Below, piece after piece: positions 9,973-20,290 of a stretch of DNA of 64,000 nt. This DNA comes from Candidatus Brocadiia bacterium (GTDB taxonomy: Bacteria > Planctomycetota > Brocadiia > CAIUPP01). The notes below the pieces were generated by a model. That model did not search any database. It was not told where the DNA came from and saw only the letters and a list, made by a program, of their open reading frames with translations. The translations under genes and the position numbers were made by a program. The first letter of the stretch is position 1, and each line of letters starts with the position of its first letter. The stretch is taken from the NCBI GenBank assembly GCA_050015075.1, contig JBEKCB010000004.1, forward strand, positions 128,001 to 192,000. Direction: 5' to 3'.

Positions 9973-11115
9973 ATGGCTCTGAGCGTTGAAACGAAAGTCG
10001 GCCTCTTCTTCCTCGTCGGCCTGGCGATCCTGGGCGTCATCACGTTCCGGGTGGCCAACGTGAGTGAGTACTTCGAGCCGAAGGCTTATTACAAGGCCTT
10101 CTTCCCGTCCGCCTCCGGGCTGAATCCCGACGACCCCGTCGCCGTCGCCGGGCTGAAGGTCGGCAAGATCAAGTCGCTGGAACTCAAGGAAACCGGCGTC
10201 CTGATGACGCTGACGATTGACCCGAAAGTCCGCATCCGCAAGGACGCCATCGCCACCGTCGCCTGGGGCGGCCTGCTCGGGAACCGCTACATTGACATCT
10301 CGCTCGGCAAGCCGGACCAGCCGTGGCTGGAACCCGGCTCGGAAATCCCCGTCGGGCCCACCATCGAGCTGACCGACGTGCTCTTCAAGATCAATGCCGC
10401 CGCGTCGGACCTGCAGGACATGCTGAAGACCACCGGCGCAGGCTCCAAGGTCCAGGCGCTGCTGGACAACCTGACCAAGGCCTCCGCGGACATCGCCAAG
10501 GTGACCGAGGACATCCGCGAGCGGCGCGGCACAGTCGGAAAACTCATCGGGTCCGACGAACTCTACAACAAAGCCATGGGCATCGCCGACGACCTGAAGG
10601 GCTCCGCCGCCGACGTGCGCAAATTGCTGGCCGACAACGACCAGCGCCTGCGCGACATCCTCGCGAAGCTCGACGCCGCCATCCCCGAGGCGAAGGACGC
10701 CTTCAGCTCCATCAAAAAACTCGGCGACGAAGCCAACAACGGCAAGGGTGTCGTGGCCACGCTGCTCAACGACGAGAAGATGGCGCAGGACCTGCGCACT
10801 TCCGTGGCGCGCCTGGGCAGCACGCTTGACCGGCTCGACGCGCTCACCAAAAACATCCAGGAAGGCCAGGGCCTCGCCGGCCGGATCATCAACGACCCGC
10901 AGATGGCCGACGACGTCCGCGACGCGATCAAAAGCCTGCGCGTCGTCGCGGAGCGGCTCGATACGGGCGACAATACCATCGCGCGGCTGACCCGCGACAA
11001 GGACCTCTATGAGGATGTCAAGAAACTGCTCGACGACGCGCGTGAGACGCTGCGCAGCGTCAAGGAACAGGTTCCGGTCAGCACCTTCGCCAGCCTGCTG
11101 CTGACGACGTTCTAG
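9973..11115 (+). CDS. mlaD: MlaD/MCE-domain protein with long helical C-terminal extension
   Basis: ETKVGLF anchor, GL..DPVAVAGLKVG, GLLGNRYI, and repeated G(T/L)(V/A)GKL..D.LY segments. Confidence 0.9.
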   Translation: MALSVETKVGLFFLVGLAILGVITFRVANVSEYFEPKAYYKAFFPSASGLNPDDPVAVAGLKVGKIKSLELKETGVLMTLTIDPKVRIRKDAIATVAWGGLLGNRYIDISLGKPDQPWLEPGSEIPVGPTIELTDVLFKINAAASDLQDMLKTTGAGSKVQALLDNLTKASADIAKVTEDIRERRGTVGKLIGSDELYNKAMGIADDLKGSAADVRKLLADNDQRLRDILAKLDAAIPEAKDAFSSIKKLGDEANNGKGVVATLLNDEKMAQDLRTSVARLGSTLDRLDALTKNIQEGQGLAGRIINDPQMADDVRDAIKSLRVVAERLDTGDNTIARLTRDKDLYEDVKKLLDDARETLRSVKEQVPVSTFASLLLTTF

Positions 11116-11242
11116 CAGGCGCGTTCCCGGGCCTCGGTCATCGTTGTGGCCCTCCGATTTCCGCGTTCCCGCTCTCTTGCAGAGCGCGCACCCGCCGTGT
11201 AATATAGGAACCCGTCACGGCCAATCGCTCGAAAGGAAAAGA

Positions 11243-12436
11243 ATGACCGGTTCCGAAACGATCGCGCTCTATCGGCAGTACGTCATCGGCAATTACACGC
11301 GCCTGCCCATCGTGTTCGTCCGGGGCGAAGGCAGCTACCTGTGGGACGCCGACGGCCGGCGCTACCTTGACCTCTTTCCCGGCTGGGGCGTGGACGGCCT
11401 GGGCCACTGCCACCCGCGTGTCGTCGCAGCGATCCGCGAGCAGGCCGGCAAGCTCCTCCACGTCGCGAACAATTATTACATGGAGCCGCAGGGACGGTTC
11501 GCGCAGATCCTTTCGGAGCGCTCGTTCGGCGGGCAGTGCTTCTTCTGCAACTCCGGCGCCGAGTCGAACGAGGGCGCGATGAAACTCGCCCGCCTGGCGA
11601 CGCACGCCGCCGCCGGCAAATCGCGCTGGAAGTTCATCACCTTCGAGAACAGCTTCCACGGCCGCACGCTCGCGGCGATCTCCGCGACGGCGCAACCCAA
11701 ATACCACAAGGGGTTTGAGCCGATCGTCCCCGGGTTCCTCTACGCGCCTTTCAACGACCTGAAAGCCGTCGAGGCGCTCGTGGACAAAGAGACCTGCGCC
11801 ATCCTCGTCGAGCCGATCCAGGGCGAGGGCGGCATCAATGTCGGCACGCCCGAATTCCTGCAGGGCCTCCGCAAAATTTGCGACCGCGAGGGCATGATCC
11901 TCATCTTCGACGAGGTCCAGACCGGCTGCGGACGCACCGGGAAATGGTTCGGGTATCAGCACTTCGGCGTGACGCCGGACATCATGACGCTGTCGAAGAT
12001 GCTCGGCGGCGGCGCGGTGATCGGCGCGATCGTCGCCCAGCCCAAGGTGGCCGAGAAGCTCGCTCCCGGCACGCACGCCTCGACCTTCGGCGGCAACCCG
12101 CTCGCCTGCGCGGCGGGCATCGCCACGTTCGAGGCGATCGAGGAGGAGAACCTGCTCAAGAACACCGTGGCCGTCGGCCGGCATACAACCACCCGGCTCC
12201 GGGCCATGAAGGCGAAGTTCCCGTTCATCCGTGAAGTTCGCGGAAAGGGCCTGATGATCGGCATGGAACTCGACCGCCCCGGCAAGGACGTCGTCGCGCG
12301 CTGCCTGGCCGAGGGACTGCTCATCAACTGCACGCACGATACCGTGATCCGCATGCTGCCCGCCATGACGATCTCGCGCGAGATCATGGACGAGGGACTC
12401 GACATCCTGGAAAACTCCCTCGCGGCGGAAAAGTAA
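11243..12436 (+). CDS. argD: Acetylornithine aminotransferase
   Basis: CNSGAESNE, SFHGRT, EPIQGEGG, DEVQTGCGRTG, HASTFGGNP. Located in the arg cluster. Confidence 0.95.
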   Translation: MTGSETIALYRQYVIGNYTRLPIVFVRGEGSYLWDADGRRYLDLFPGWGVDGLGHCHPRVVAAIREQAGKLLHVANNYYMEPQGRFAQILSERSFGGQCFFCNSGAESNEGAMKLARLATHAAAGKSRWKFITFENSFHGRTLAAISATAQPKYHKGFEPIVPGFLYAPFNDLKAVEALVDKETCAILVEPIQGEGGINVGTPEFLQGLRKICDREGMILIFDEVQTGCGRTGKWFGYQHFGVTPDIMTLSKMLGGGAVIGAIVAQPKVAEKLAPGTHASTFGGNPLACAAGIATFEAIEEENLLKNTVAVGRHTTTRLRAMKAKFPFIREVRGKGLMIGMELDRPGKDVVARCLAEGLLINCTHDTVIRMLPAMTISREIMDEGLDILENSLAAEK

Positions 12437-12457
12437 GAACGACGAAGAACAAGTTTT

Positions 12458-12639
12458 TTGACCGCGAAAACGCGAAAAACGGAAACGTCAAACGGAATTG
12501 GAACCACAGAGCAATAGCGCGAGCTGGCGAGCGCTGCCTATCGCCACAGATGCGCACAGTTAAGAAACTTCGTATCTGTGCCTATCTGTGTTCATCTGTG
12601 GTTTAAACTTTTCTTTCGCGTTTTCGCGTTTTCGCGGTC
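12458..12639. repeat. Nested inverted-repeat element, copy 1 (carries a 33-bp insertion)
   Basis: Outer arms GACCGCGAAAACGCGAAA / TTTCGCGTTTTCGCGGTC. Inner arms AACCACAGAT-type / ATCTGTGGTT. Confidence 0.9.
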
Positions 12640-12677
12640 CAAGATTACGTTTCTTTTCCTGTGGTGAGGGAGCACGC

Positions 12678-13607
12678 ATGAAGAGCCGGCATTTCGTGAG
12701 CATCGCCAGCACGCCGCTGGAGGACCTCCTGGAAATCTTCGACGTCACGGCGCGCCAGAAGGAGACGCTGGCGCGTGAAGGCCGCCTCGGCCCCCTGCTC
12801 GAAGGCAAGACGCTCGGCATGCTGTTCGAGAAGCCGTCGCTGCGGACGCGCGTCTCGTTCGAGGTGGCGATGGCGCAGCTCGGCGGCCACACGACCACGC
12901 TCGGCCAGGGCGAAGTGCAGCTCGGCCAGCGCGAGGCGGTCTGCGACTTCGCGCGCGTCCTCTCCCGGTACGTGGACGTCATCGCCGCGCGCGTCTTCCA
13001 GCATCGGCACGTCGAGGAAATGGCGCGGAACAGCCGGGTCGCCGTGATCAACGCGCTGAGCGACTACTCGCATCCGTGCCAGGCGCTCGCCGATCTCTGG
13101 ACTTTCAAGGAACACGTCGGCCGCTGGGAAGGCGCCAAGCTCGCGTTCGTCGGCGACGGGAACAACGTCGCGCGCTCGCTCGGGTTCCTCTGCGCCAAAC
13201 TGGGCGTGCGCTTCGCCCTGGCTTCGCCGATCGGCTACGGCTTCGACGACGCCTACCTCGAAAAGCTGGAGCGCACGGTGGAGAACAAGAAGTTCAGCCT
13301 CGAGATGGGCGCCGATCCTAAGAAACTTCTGCGCGGCGCCGATGCCGTCTACACCGACGTCTGGGCCAGTATGGGCCAGGAGGCGGAGCGCGAGAAGCGC
13401 AAGAAAGAATTCGCTGCCTACCAGCTCAACGAGAAACTGCTTCGCTGCGCGAAGCCGGGCGCCATCGTGCTTCATTGTCTGCCGGCGCACCGCGGCGAGG
13501 AGATCACCGACGGCGTGATGGACGGACCGCAGGCCGCTGTCTACGACCAGGCGGAGAACCGGATGCACACCGAGCGCGCGCTGCTCACGCTCCTCACGAA
13601 GAAGTAG
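12678..13607 (+). CDS. argF: Ornithine carbamoyltransferase
   Basis: FEKPSLRTR, HPCQ, GDGNNV, DVWASMGQE, HCLP. Confidence 0.95.
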   Translation: MKSRHFVSIASTPLEDLLEIFDVTARQKETLAREGRLGPLLEGKTLGMLFEKPSLRTRVSFEVAMAQLGGHTTTLGQGEVQLGQREAVCDFARVLSRYVDVIAARVFQHRHVEEMARNSRVAVINALSDYSHPCQALADLWTFKEHVGRWEGAKLAFVGDGNNVARSLGFLCAKLGVRFALASPIGYGFDDAYLEKLERTVENKKFSLEMGADPKKLLRGADAVYTDVWASMGQEAEREKRKKEFAAYQLNEKLLRCAKPGAIVLHCLPAHRGEEITDGVMDGPQAAVYDQAENRMHTERALLTLLTKK

Positions 13608-13641
13608 TGTGGCGACCAGGTAATGACTCGCATAACGCGCG

Positions 13642-13727
13642 GTCATTCCGAGCGCAGCGAGGAATCTCATACGCTGCGCTCCGTCCACGGTTTGTGGTGT
13701 GAGATGCTTCGCTGCGCTCAGCATGAC
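13642..13727. repeat. REP-like palindrome GTCATTCCGAGCGCAGCGAGGAATCTC...GAGATGCTTCGCTGCGCTCAGCATGAC
   Basis: Imperfect ~27-bp inverted arms between argF and rph. Confidence 0.8.
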
Positions 13728-13779
13728 TTCGGTTGAGCTAGGGCGACTTATCCGCGGGAAACGATGCTAGGAGGTCCGC

Positions 13780-14526
13780 TTGGCTTCGAGAGGCCGGAGC
13801 GACGGCCGGCGCGCCGACGAGTTGCGGCGCGTCACCGTCGAGATGGACTGCATGAAGTTCGCGCGCGGCTCAGCGCTCATCCGCGCCGGCAACACTGCCG
13901 TGCTCTGCACCGCGAGCGTCGAGGAGAACGTGCCACCCTTCCTGGCCGGCAAAGGCGTCGGCTGGCTCACGGCCGAGTATGCGATGCTCCCGGCCAGCAC
14001 GCCGACGCGCAAGCCGCGCGAATCGTCCTCCGGCCGCACCGATGGCCGCACGCAGGAAATCCGCCGCATCATCGGCCGCGCGCTCCGCGCCGCAGTGGAC
14101 CTCAACGGCATCGGCGAGCGCACCCTCCTGCTCGACTGCGACGTCCTCCAGGCCGATGGCGGCACGCGGACGCTGGCCGTCACCGGCGCGTGGCTTGCGC
14201 TCGCCATGGCCGTCCGCCGTCTCCAGCGCCAGGGCCTCCTCAGCGGCAATCCCGTCCGCCGCCAAATCGCCGCCACGAGCGTCGGCATCGTCACCGGACG
14301 GTGTCTGCTCGATCTCGCGTACGACGAGGACTCGCGCGCCGAGGTGGACATGAACGTCGTGATGACCGACGACGAGCGGTTCATCGAGATCCAGGGCACC
14401 GCCGAGAATGAGCCGTTCGACGAGCGCCGCCTCGGCCAACTGCTCGCCCTCGCGAGGAACGGTTGCCGCCGGCTGATGAAAATCCAGAACGCCGCGCTCC
14501 GCGCCTGGGAAAAGGGAAAGCGGTGA
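13780..14526 (+). CDS. rph: Ribonuclease PH
   Basis: GWLTAEYAMLPAST, GRTQEI, DCDVLQADGGTRT, DMNVVMT, IEIQGTAE. Confidence 0.96.
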   Translation: MASRGRSDGRRADELRRVTVEMDCMKFARGSALIRAGNTAVLCTASVEENVPPFLAGKGVGWLTAEYAMLPASTPTRKPRESSSGRTDGRTQEIRRIIGRALRAAVDLNGIGERTLLLDCDVLQADGGTRTLAVTGAWLALAMAVRRLQRQGLLSGNPVRRQIAATSVGIVTGRCLLDLAYDEDSRAEVDMNVVMTDDERFIEIQGTAENEPFDERRLGQLLALARNGCRRLMKIQNAALRAWEKGKR

Positions 14527-15170
14527 CGGCGCGCGGCCCGTTCGACAATGTGCGGAGCCGAGCGTTGGTGGTCGGGTCGTTCAACCAGGCGAAGGCTGCG
14601 GAGATGGCGGAACTCCTTCGCGGGCTTGAAGTTCCGATCCGCTCGCTGCGGGACTTCCCGGAAGTTCGGCCCGTTCCGGAGACCGGCGAGACTTTCGCCG
14701 AGAACGCCCGCGAGAAGGCGCTGGGCCTTGTGCGGCAGATCGGCGACGCGGAGATTCTCGGCCTGGTCGCGGACGATTCGGGGCTGGAGGTGGATGCGCT
14801 CGGCGGCCGGCCGGGCGTGCGCTCGGCGCGCTACGTGAGCGAGTCCGCCACGGACCCGGAGCGCGTGCTGCGGCTGCTCGAAGAACTGGACGGGTTGCCG
14901 CCGGAGCGGCGCACCGCGCGCTTTCGCTGCCACGTGGCGCTCGCGAATGCGGAGCGAGTGCTGATCGAGACGGAGGGCGCGGTGGAAGGACGGATCGCCT
15001 TCGCGCCGGCGGGATCGTTCGGGTTCGGCTACGACCCGATCTTCATTCCGCGCGGATACGACCGCACGTTCGGCGAGATCGGCGCAGACTTGAAACCGCG
15101 GATCAGCCACCGTGCCGTGGCGCTGCGGGAATTCCGGGAACGCTTGAAGCGGATGCTCGATCAATCATAG
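14523..15170 (+). CDS. rdgB: dITP/XTP pyrophosphatase (Ham1 family)
   Basis: ETGETFAENA, ADDSGLEVDALGGRPGVRSARY, FGYDPIF, SHR. GTG start overlaps the rph stop. Confidence 0.94.
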   Translation: MTARGPFDNVRSRALVVGSFNQAKAAEMAELLRGLEVPIRSLRDFPEVRPVPETGETFAENAREKALGLVRQIGDAEILGLVADDSGLEVDALGGRPGVRSARYVSESATDPERVLRLLEELDGLPPERRTARFRCHVALANAERVLIETEGAVEGRIAFAPAGSFGFGYDPIFIPRGYDRTFGEIGADLKPRISHRAVALREFRERLKRMLDQS

Positions 15171-15191
15171 TTTTGCAGAGGGACTGAAACC

Positions 15192-16187
15192 ATGGCCCGC
15201 AAAATGATCGGCATTGACCTGGGCGGCACGTTCATCAAGGCCGGCGTCGTGGACGATAAAGGGCGCGTCTTGAGCCGCGTGAAAAAACCGACGGATACGG
15301 CGGAAGGCCGGGATACGATCATCCGGAACATCGCCGCGGCGGTGGTCGAGGCGCGCGAGCAGGCCGGAGTGAACTGGCGGAGCATTTCCGCGGTCGGGCT
15401 CGGTGCGCCCGGGCTGTTCGAGCAGCCGAGCGGGATCGTCAGCCAGTCGCCGAACCTGCCGGTGCTCGCCGGCAAGGTGCTCGCCCCGCCCGTCATGAAA
15501 GCCGCCGGGCACCCGGAAATCCCGGTGGTGCTGGAGAACGATGCGAACGTCGCCGCCTTCGCCGAGGCGTGGATCGGCTGTGCGCGCGGCGTCGGCACGA
15601 TGGCGCTGATGACCCTCGGCACCGGCATCGGCGGCGGCATCGTGCTGAACGGCGAAATCTGGCGCGGCTTTCGCGGGGTGGCGGGCGAAGTCGGCCACCA
15701 GAACCTTTTCCCGAACGGCGTGCGTTGCGGTTGCGGAAACCGCGGCTGCCTCGAGGCCTACGCCTCCGCGACGGCGCTGGTCCGCCGCCTCAAGAAGGCC
15801 GTCCGAGACGGGAAGCGGACCCGGCTGACGGCGGAGCTGCAGCGCGGAGCGCCGGTGAGCGCGCGCGACATCTGCGAGGCGGCCATCGCCGGCGATCCGC
15901 TCTGCCTGGCGCTCATGGAGGAGACCGGCAGTTTTCTCGGCATCGCGGTGATGAACATGCTTCATATCCTTAATATCGAACTGGTCGCCTTCACCGGCGG
16001 CATGACTGCCGCGGGCGACCTGCTGCTGAACTCCATCCGCAACGAGGCGCGCGAGAGGACCCTGCTGCTGGCGATGAAGGGCGTGAAGATCGTGTTCTCG
16101 AATATGGGCGACGACGCGGGGCTGATCGGCGCCGCCGGCTGGGCGCTGCGCCGGACGCACGGCCTGCGCCTCGGAGGACGCGCGTGA
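15192..16187 (+). CDS. ROK-family sugar kinase (glucokinase-like)
   Basis: [41 protein letters not shown]. Confidence 0.92.
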   Translation: MARKMIGIDLGGTFIKAGVVDDKGRVLSRVKKPTDTAEGRDTIIRNIAAAVVEAREQAGVNWRSISAVGLGAPGLFEQPSGIVSQSPNLPVLAGKVLAPPVMKAAGHPEIPVVLENDANVAAFAEAWIGCARGVGTMALMTLGTGIGGGIVLNGEIWRGFRGVAGEVGHQNLFPNGVRCGCGNRGCLEAYASATALVRRLKKAVRDGKRTRLTAELQRGAPVSARDICEAAIAGDPLCLALMEETGSFLGIAVMNMLHILNIELVAFTGGMTAAGDLLLNSIRNEARERTLLLAMKGVKIVFSNMGDDAGLIGAAGWALRRTHGLRLGGRA

Positions 16188-17758
16188 CGAAGGCTGACGA
16201 AAAGCAGCCGCACAGCCCGCCGGTCCGGCCGCGGCATCCCTGGCGCGACACCATCGAGGGCGTGCTCGGCGCGCTCGTGCTGGTGCTGATCATCCGGCAT
16301 TTCGTCTTCGAGGTCTTCCGGATTCCCACCGGCTCGATGGCGCCCACGCTCCTCGGTCAGCACCGCGATCTCAAGTGTCCGAACTGCGGGCTGGAATTCC
16401 CGGTGGATTCGAACCTGGGCACCAACAGGCTCGCGGCCATCTGCCCCAACTGCAAGTACGAATTCCCGTCGTCGGAAGTCCGGAAGACGTTCTGCACGTG
16501 CTTCCCGTCGTGGCCGCCGGAGCTGTTCGGCGGCGGCGACAACCGCGTGATCGTGGACAAGTTCATGTGGGACGATCCGCAGGACGGGCTCGCGCGGCTC
16601 TTCTACCGCAACGGCCTTCCCCGCGAATTTTCGCCGCCGAAACGCTGGGATGTGATCGTCTTCCACTGTCCGGTCGTGGATGTGCGATGCAGAACCTGTG
16701 GCACCTATTCAACAGGGGTGCGGATAGACGAGAGCGCAAAGTGCCCCGTGTGCGGCTCGACGGACGTGCAGATCCTCAACGAGAAGAACTACATCAAGCG
16801 ACTCATCGGCCTGCCCGGTGAAACGATCCGGATCCGCCATGGCGACATCTTAGTGAACGGCAAGCTCGCGGTCAGGCCGCCCGACGTGCAGGATGCGCAG
16901 TGGCAGTTCGTGTACGACAGCGCGTATGTGCCGAAGGAGCCGGTCGCATCGGCGCCGGCGGCGTGGATCACCGAGGAAGGCGCCACGAAGCTGGACGGCG
17001 CCACGTTGCGGCTGACACCCGGCGCGGGCGGAAGAGCCGAGGCGCGATACGGACGCCGGATCAGCGACGTTTCCACGTACAGCGGCTACGACAGCATGCT
17101 TCCGTATTACTCGGCCGGCGAGCGCGGCGCGGCTTATTACCCCGTGGGCGAGATCAAGTGTGACGCCGAGGTGACGCTTGACCGCGCCGGTGTGCTCCGC
17201 CTGGCCATTGACGAGGACGAGTCGCACTACGTCGGCACGGTCCGGTTCGGCGCCGCCGGCGCAAAGACGAGCCTGCGCGCCTCCAGTGACGGCATCGCGT
17301 CGGTCGAGAGCGACTTCGCCGCCGAACCGGGCAAGCGGCATCGGGTGACCTTCACCAATGCCTCGGGCCGACTCGAACTGGCAGTGGATGGCGCGACGGT
17401 GCTCTCCTGCGAGCACCCGATGCCGCAGAACGCTCAGACGGTCAGCAGCGGCGCTGCGCTCAGTGTGGAATCGGCCGAGGCTGAGTTCAGCCGCGTTCGG
17501 CTCTATCGCACCGTCTACTACCGGCCGCCCGACGGAGGCACCTTTGCGGCTGACATCTCGGGCAGGAGCGTCATGATGCCGGATTCCTTGATCGGCGCGG
17601 ACGGCTACCGTCTTCCTGAAGACCAATACCTGGTGCTCGGCGATAACCAGCCCAATAGTTGGGACAGCCGGTACTGGGGAACGGTGCCACGGCGCAATCT
17701 CATCGGCCAGGGCGTGGTTCTCTGGTGGCCGGTGAATATGCTGCGAGCGATCTACTAA
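16184..17758 (+). CDS. lepB: Signal peptidase I, long form with Cys-rich insertions
   Basis: [10 protein letters not shown] (Ser), [11 protein letters not shown] (Lys), [14 protein letters not shown]. Confidence 0.92.
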   Translation: MTKADEKQPHSPPVRPRHPWRDTIEGVLGALVLVLIIRHFVFEVFRIPTGSMAPTLLGQHRDLKCPNCGLEFPVDSNLGTNRLAAICPNCKYEFPSSEVRKTFCTCFPSWPPELFGGGDNRVIVDKFMWDDPQDGLARLFYRNGLPREFSPPKRWDVIVFHCPVVDVRCRTCGTYSTGVRIDESAKCPVCGSTDVQILNEKNYIKRLIGLPGETIRIRHGDILVNGKLAVRPPDVQDAQWQFVYDSAYVPKEPVASAPAAWITEEGATKLDGATLRLTPGAGGRAEARYGRRISDVSTYSGYDSMLPYYSAGERGAAYYPVGEIKCDAEVTLDRAGVLRLAIDEDESHYVGTVRFGAAGAKTSLRASSDGIASVESDFAAEPGKRHRVTFTNASGRLELAVDGATVLSCEHPMPQNAQTVSSGAALSVESAEAEFSRVRLYRTVYYRPPDGGTFAADISGRSVMMPDSLIGADGYRLPEDQYLVLGDNQPNSWDSRYWGTVPRRNLIGQGVVLWWPVNMLRAIY

Positions 17759-17991
17759 ATGCCGGCATGAATTCAGGCCCCCACGGCGCGTTAAAACTAG
17801 CCTCTATTAGATATAACCCACGACTCACCCTCCATTTATAGCACTTTTTCCGCCACAGCTCAGTTTACTGACCATATTCATGACTAATAGTCGTATGATT
17901 ATATGCACAAGTTAGTTACATATACTTGACAAATATGGTATTATACTATCGGCATGTAAAACGAGGCCGAGCAAGTGACAAGGAGTTAACC

Positions 17992-18489
17992 ATGCGTACT
18001 GAACATTCAACAATTCGTAATCCGCTGATGCGGCACAGGCGTATGGCGTACATACGCGGCAAACTTCTGGAGACACGGCGCCAACTGCTTGAGCGCATGG
18101 AGGCCGAACTGACGGAACCGGATGAGCCGGCAGGCGTTCCGGGCGATCCTGCCGACATGGCTCATTCGGTCTCCGCACGCGAGACGTCGTACGAGATCGG
18201 ATCGGTCGAGTCGCGGACGGTTGCGCAGATTGATTACATGCTGCAACGGATAGACAGCGGGAAGTACGGCATCTGCGAAGACTGCGGCAAACGGATTCCG
18301 CCGGCGCGGCTCAAAGCAATGCCGTTCGCGTACTTGTGCGTGGAGTGCAAGCAGCATGATGAGCAGGCCGATGAGAAGAGCGAGGCGGAAACGGTGATCG
18401 AGTCGCTGGAACTCGGCGAACTCGGCGATGGCGACACGGGCGAAGCCGAGGGCAAGCACGAGACCATACGCGGCGGCCGCCCGGCGTGA
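17992..18489 (+). CDS. TraR/DksA C4-type zinc-finger protein
   Basis: AAGGAG RBS, DPADMA coiled-coil tip, YGICEDCGKRIPPARLKAMPFAYLCVECK. Confidence 0.9.
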   Translation: MRTEHSTIRNPLMRHRRMAYIRGKLLETRRQLLERMEAELTEPDEPAGVPGDPADMAHSVSARETSYEIGSVESRTVAQIDYMLQRIDSGKYGICEDCGKRIPPARLKAMPFAYLCVECKQHDEQADEKSEAETVIESLELGELGDGDTGEAEGKHETIRGGRPA

Positions 18490-18492
18490 AAT

Positions 18493-18558
18493 GAGTGCGG
18501 ATTGCGGAGTGTGGAGTGCGTAGCGAACGGCATGATCATCACCCCGCAATCCGCAATC
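18493..18558. repeat. Inverted heptamer repeat (TGCGGAK / TCCGCAA)
   Basis: gagtgcggattgcggagtgtggagtgcg followed by ccgcaatccgcaatc. Confidence 0.7.
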
Positions 18559-18647
18559 TCCCTTCCTGCGTCTTGACACGATGAGACTGCTTTCGGATAA
18601 TCCGGCCATTGGCATGTGGGGATTCCTTTTTCGAGGTGTGACGCGCC

Positions 18648-20024
18648 GTGCCACAGCCGGAACCATCTGCGACTCGCCTGAAGGCGTTGGTCGTTGACGA
18701 CGAAGCGGGGATTCGCGAAGTCTGCGCGATGGCGATCTCTGCGGAGGGCGCGGAGGCCTTCACGGCGGCGACCGGCGTCGAAGGCCTCGCGCTGGCCACT
18801 GAACTCCTGCCCGATTTCCTCTTCCTGGACGTCGGCCTCACGGACGCGAACGGAATGGAGCTCCTTCGCGAAATCCGCAGCCGGCTGCCTTCCATCCGCG
18901 TCGTGGTCATCACCGGGCTGGCGACGGTGGAAATGGCCGTCGAGGCCATGAAACTCGGCGCATACGATTACCTCGCCAAGCCGCACATCATCCCGCAAAT
19001 CCGCGAGATGATCGCGCAGTCCATGCGGCCGGGGCCGGCGGCGGAGAGCGCGGCGCCCGTGGATAGTTTCTGCGGGCTCGTCGGCAGCTCGCGCGTCATG
19101 CAGCAGGTTTACGTCCTCATTGACAAGGCCGCGCGCTCCGACAGCACCGTGTTGATCCAGGGCGAAAGCGGCACGGGCAAGGAACTCGTGGCGCGGGCGA
19201 TTCACATCCGCTCGCCGCGCGCCTCGCAGCCGTTCGTGCCCGTGGACTGCGGCGCGATCGCGCCTTCGGTCATCGAGAGCGAGCTCTTCGGCCACGCGGC
19301 CGGGGCGTACACGGACGCGCGGACGGCCGGCGTCGGCCTGCTGCGCAGCGCCGGCGGCGGGACAGCGTTCCTGGACGAGATCGGCGAACTCCCCACGGCG
19401 GTCCAGGTTAAACTGCTGCGCGCGCTGCAGGAGATGGAAGTGCGGCCGGTCGGCAGCACGCACACCGAGCCGCTCGGATCGCGCATCATCGCCGCCACCA
19501 ACCTCGACCTGGGCCAAGCCGTGACGCTGGGCCGCTTCCGCCGCGACCTGTTCTATCGCCTGCACGTCGTGCCCATTTTCATCCCGCCGCTGCGCGAGCG
19601 GCGCGAGGACGTCGCCCTGCTCATCGAGCACTTCATGGGCGACTGCGCCGGCCGATCGGGCCGCACGTTCTCCATGACGCCGGAGACGGTCGAACACCTG
19701 GCTCGCTGCGACTGGCCGGGAAACGTGCGCGAGCTGGAGAACCTGATCCGCCGCGCCTTCGCGCTGCTCGATGGCGACACGATCCGGCTGTCCGACATGC
19801 CGATGCTCTTCGACCCGAAGGCCGCGGGAAACGCCGCGCCGGCGGTCGAGCCCGCAGGTCAGGCCGCGGGGACGAAGGGACACCTGCTGGAGGACCGCGC
19901 GGTGGAAACGATCCGCGACGCCATCCGCCAGGCGAACGGCAACAAGCGCGAGGCCGCGCGCATCCTCGGCATCGGAATCGCAACGCTCTATCGCAAGATG
20001 AAAAAGCACGGCATCAGCGATTGA
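18648..20024 (+). CDS. Sigma-54-dependent response regulator (NtrC family)
   Basis: Receiver domain, GESGTGKE, GAYTDA loop, FLDEIGE, WPGNVREL, Fis-type HTH. Confidence 0.93.
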   Translation: MPQPEPSATRLKALVVDDEAGIREVCAMAISAEGAEAFTAATGVEGLALATELLPDFLFLDVGLTDANGMELLREIRSRLPSIRVVVITGLATVEMAVEAMKLGAYDYLAKPHIIPQIREMIAQSMRPGPAAESAAPVDSFCGLVGSSRVMQQVYVLIDKAARSDSTVLIQGESGTGKELVARAIHIRSPRASQPFVPVDCGAIAPSVIESELFGHAAGAYTDARTAGVGLLRSAGGGTAFLDEIGELPTAVQVKLLRALQEMEVRPVGSTHTEPLGSRIIAATNLDLGQAVTLGRFRRDLFYRLHVVPIFIPPLRERREDVALLIEHFMGDCAGRSGRTFSMTPETVEHLARCDWPGNVRELENLIRRAFALLDGDTIRLSDMPMLFDPKAAGNAAPAVEPAGQAAGTKGHLLEDRAVETIRDAIRQANGNKREAARILGIGIATLYRKMKKHGISD

Positions 20025-20145
20025 GAAATCATACGGTCCGGCATCCCGCCGCCGCCATCTTTTCGACCCGCCTGGTGCTTCCTTGCGGAAATAGGCGTCC
20101 TATTTCCGCAAGGAAGCATGACCGCAATAAGCCGCGTCGTTATGC

Positions 20146-20225
20146 CGAGCACATTAGCCGCGCCGACGGCTGCGCGGCTGGTGCATCAATAGAGAATGCG
20201 CGCCGAGCGCGCATTTTCTTAGGAG
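20146..20225. repeat. 80-bp double-hairpin dispersed repeat, copy 1
   Basis: Near-identical to 35918-35997. Confidence 0.85.
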
Positions 20226-20244
20226 TTTTACGTTCCGTTGGGCC

Positions 20245-20290
20245 GTGTTTAGATGCGTAAATTGGTACGCCAATTTACGCAACTAAACAC
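20245..20290. other. AT-rich 21-bp-arm hairpin with TACG loop
   Basis: GTGTTTAGATGCGTAAATTGG-TACG-CCAATTTACGCAACTAAACAC, with one mismatch. Confidence 0.8.

Noticed and set aside
12588-12677. N-terminal extensions such as MFICGLNFSFAFSRFRG on argF, HMGCS and serA ORF calls
   Set aside because: These are translations of the upstream repeat element. Homology begins at downstream ATGs.
12678-13607. SLRT motif suggesting N-succinyl/acetyl-ornithine transcarbamylase
   Set aside because: The DxxxSMG ornithine-binding loop and HCLP are canonical OTC features.
17926-17949. TTGACA..TATACT as the dksA promoter
   Set aside because: The spacer is only 10 nt. The region is clearly AT-rich and regulatory, but no promoter can be assigned.
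18610-18626. TGGCATG upstream of the first activator as a sigma-54 promoter
   Set aside because: The -12 position reads TC rather than GC.
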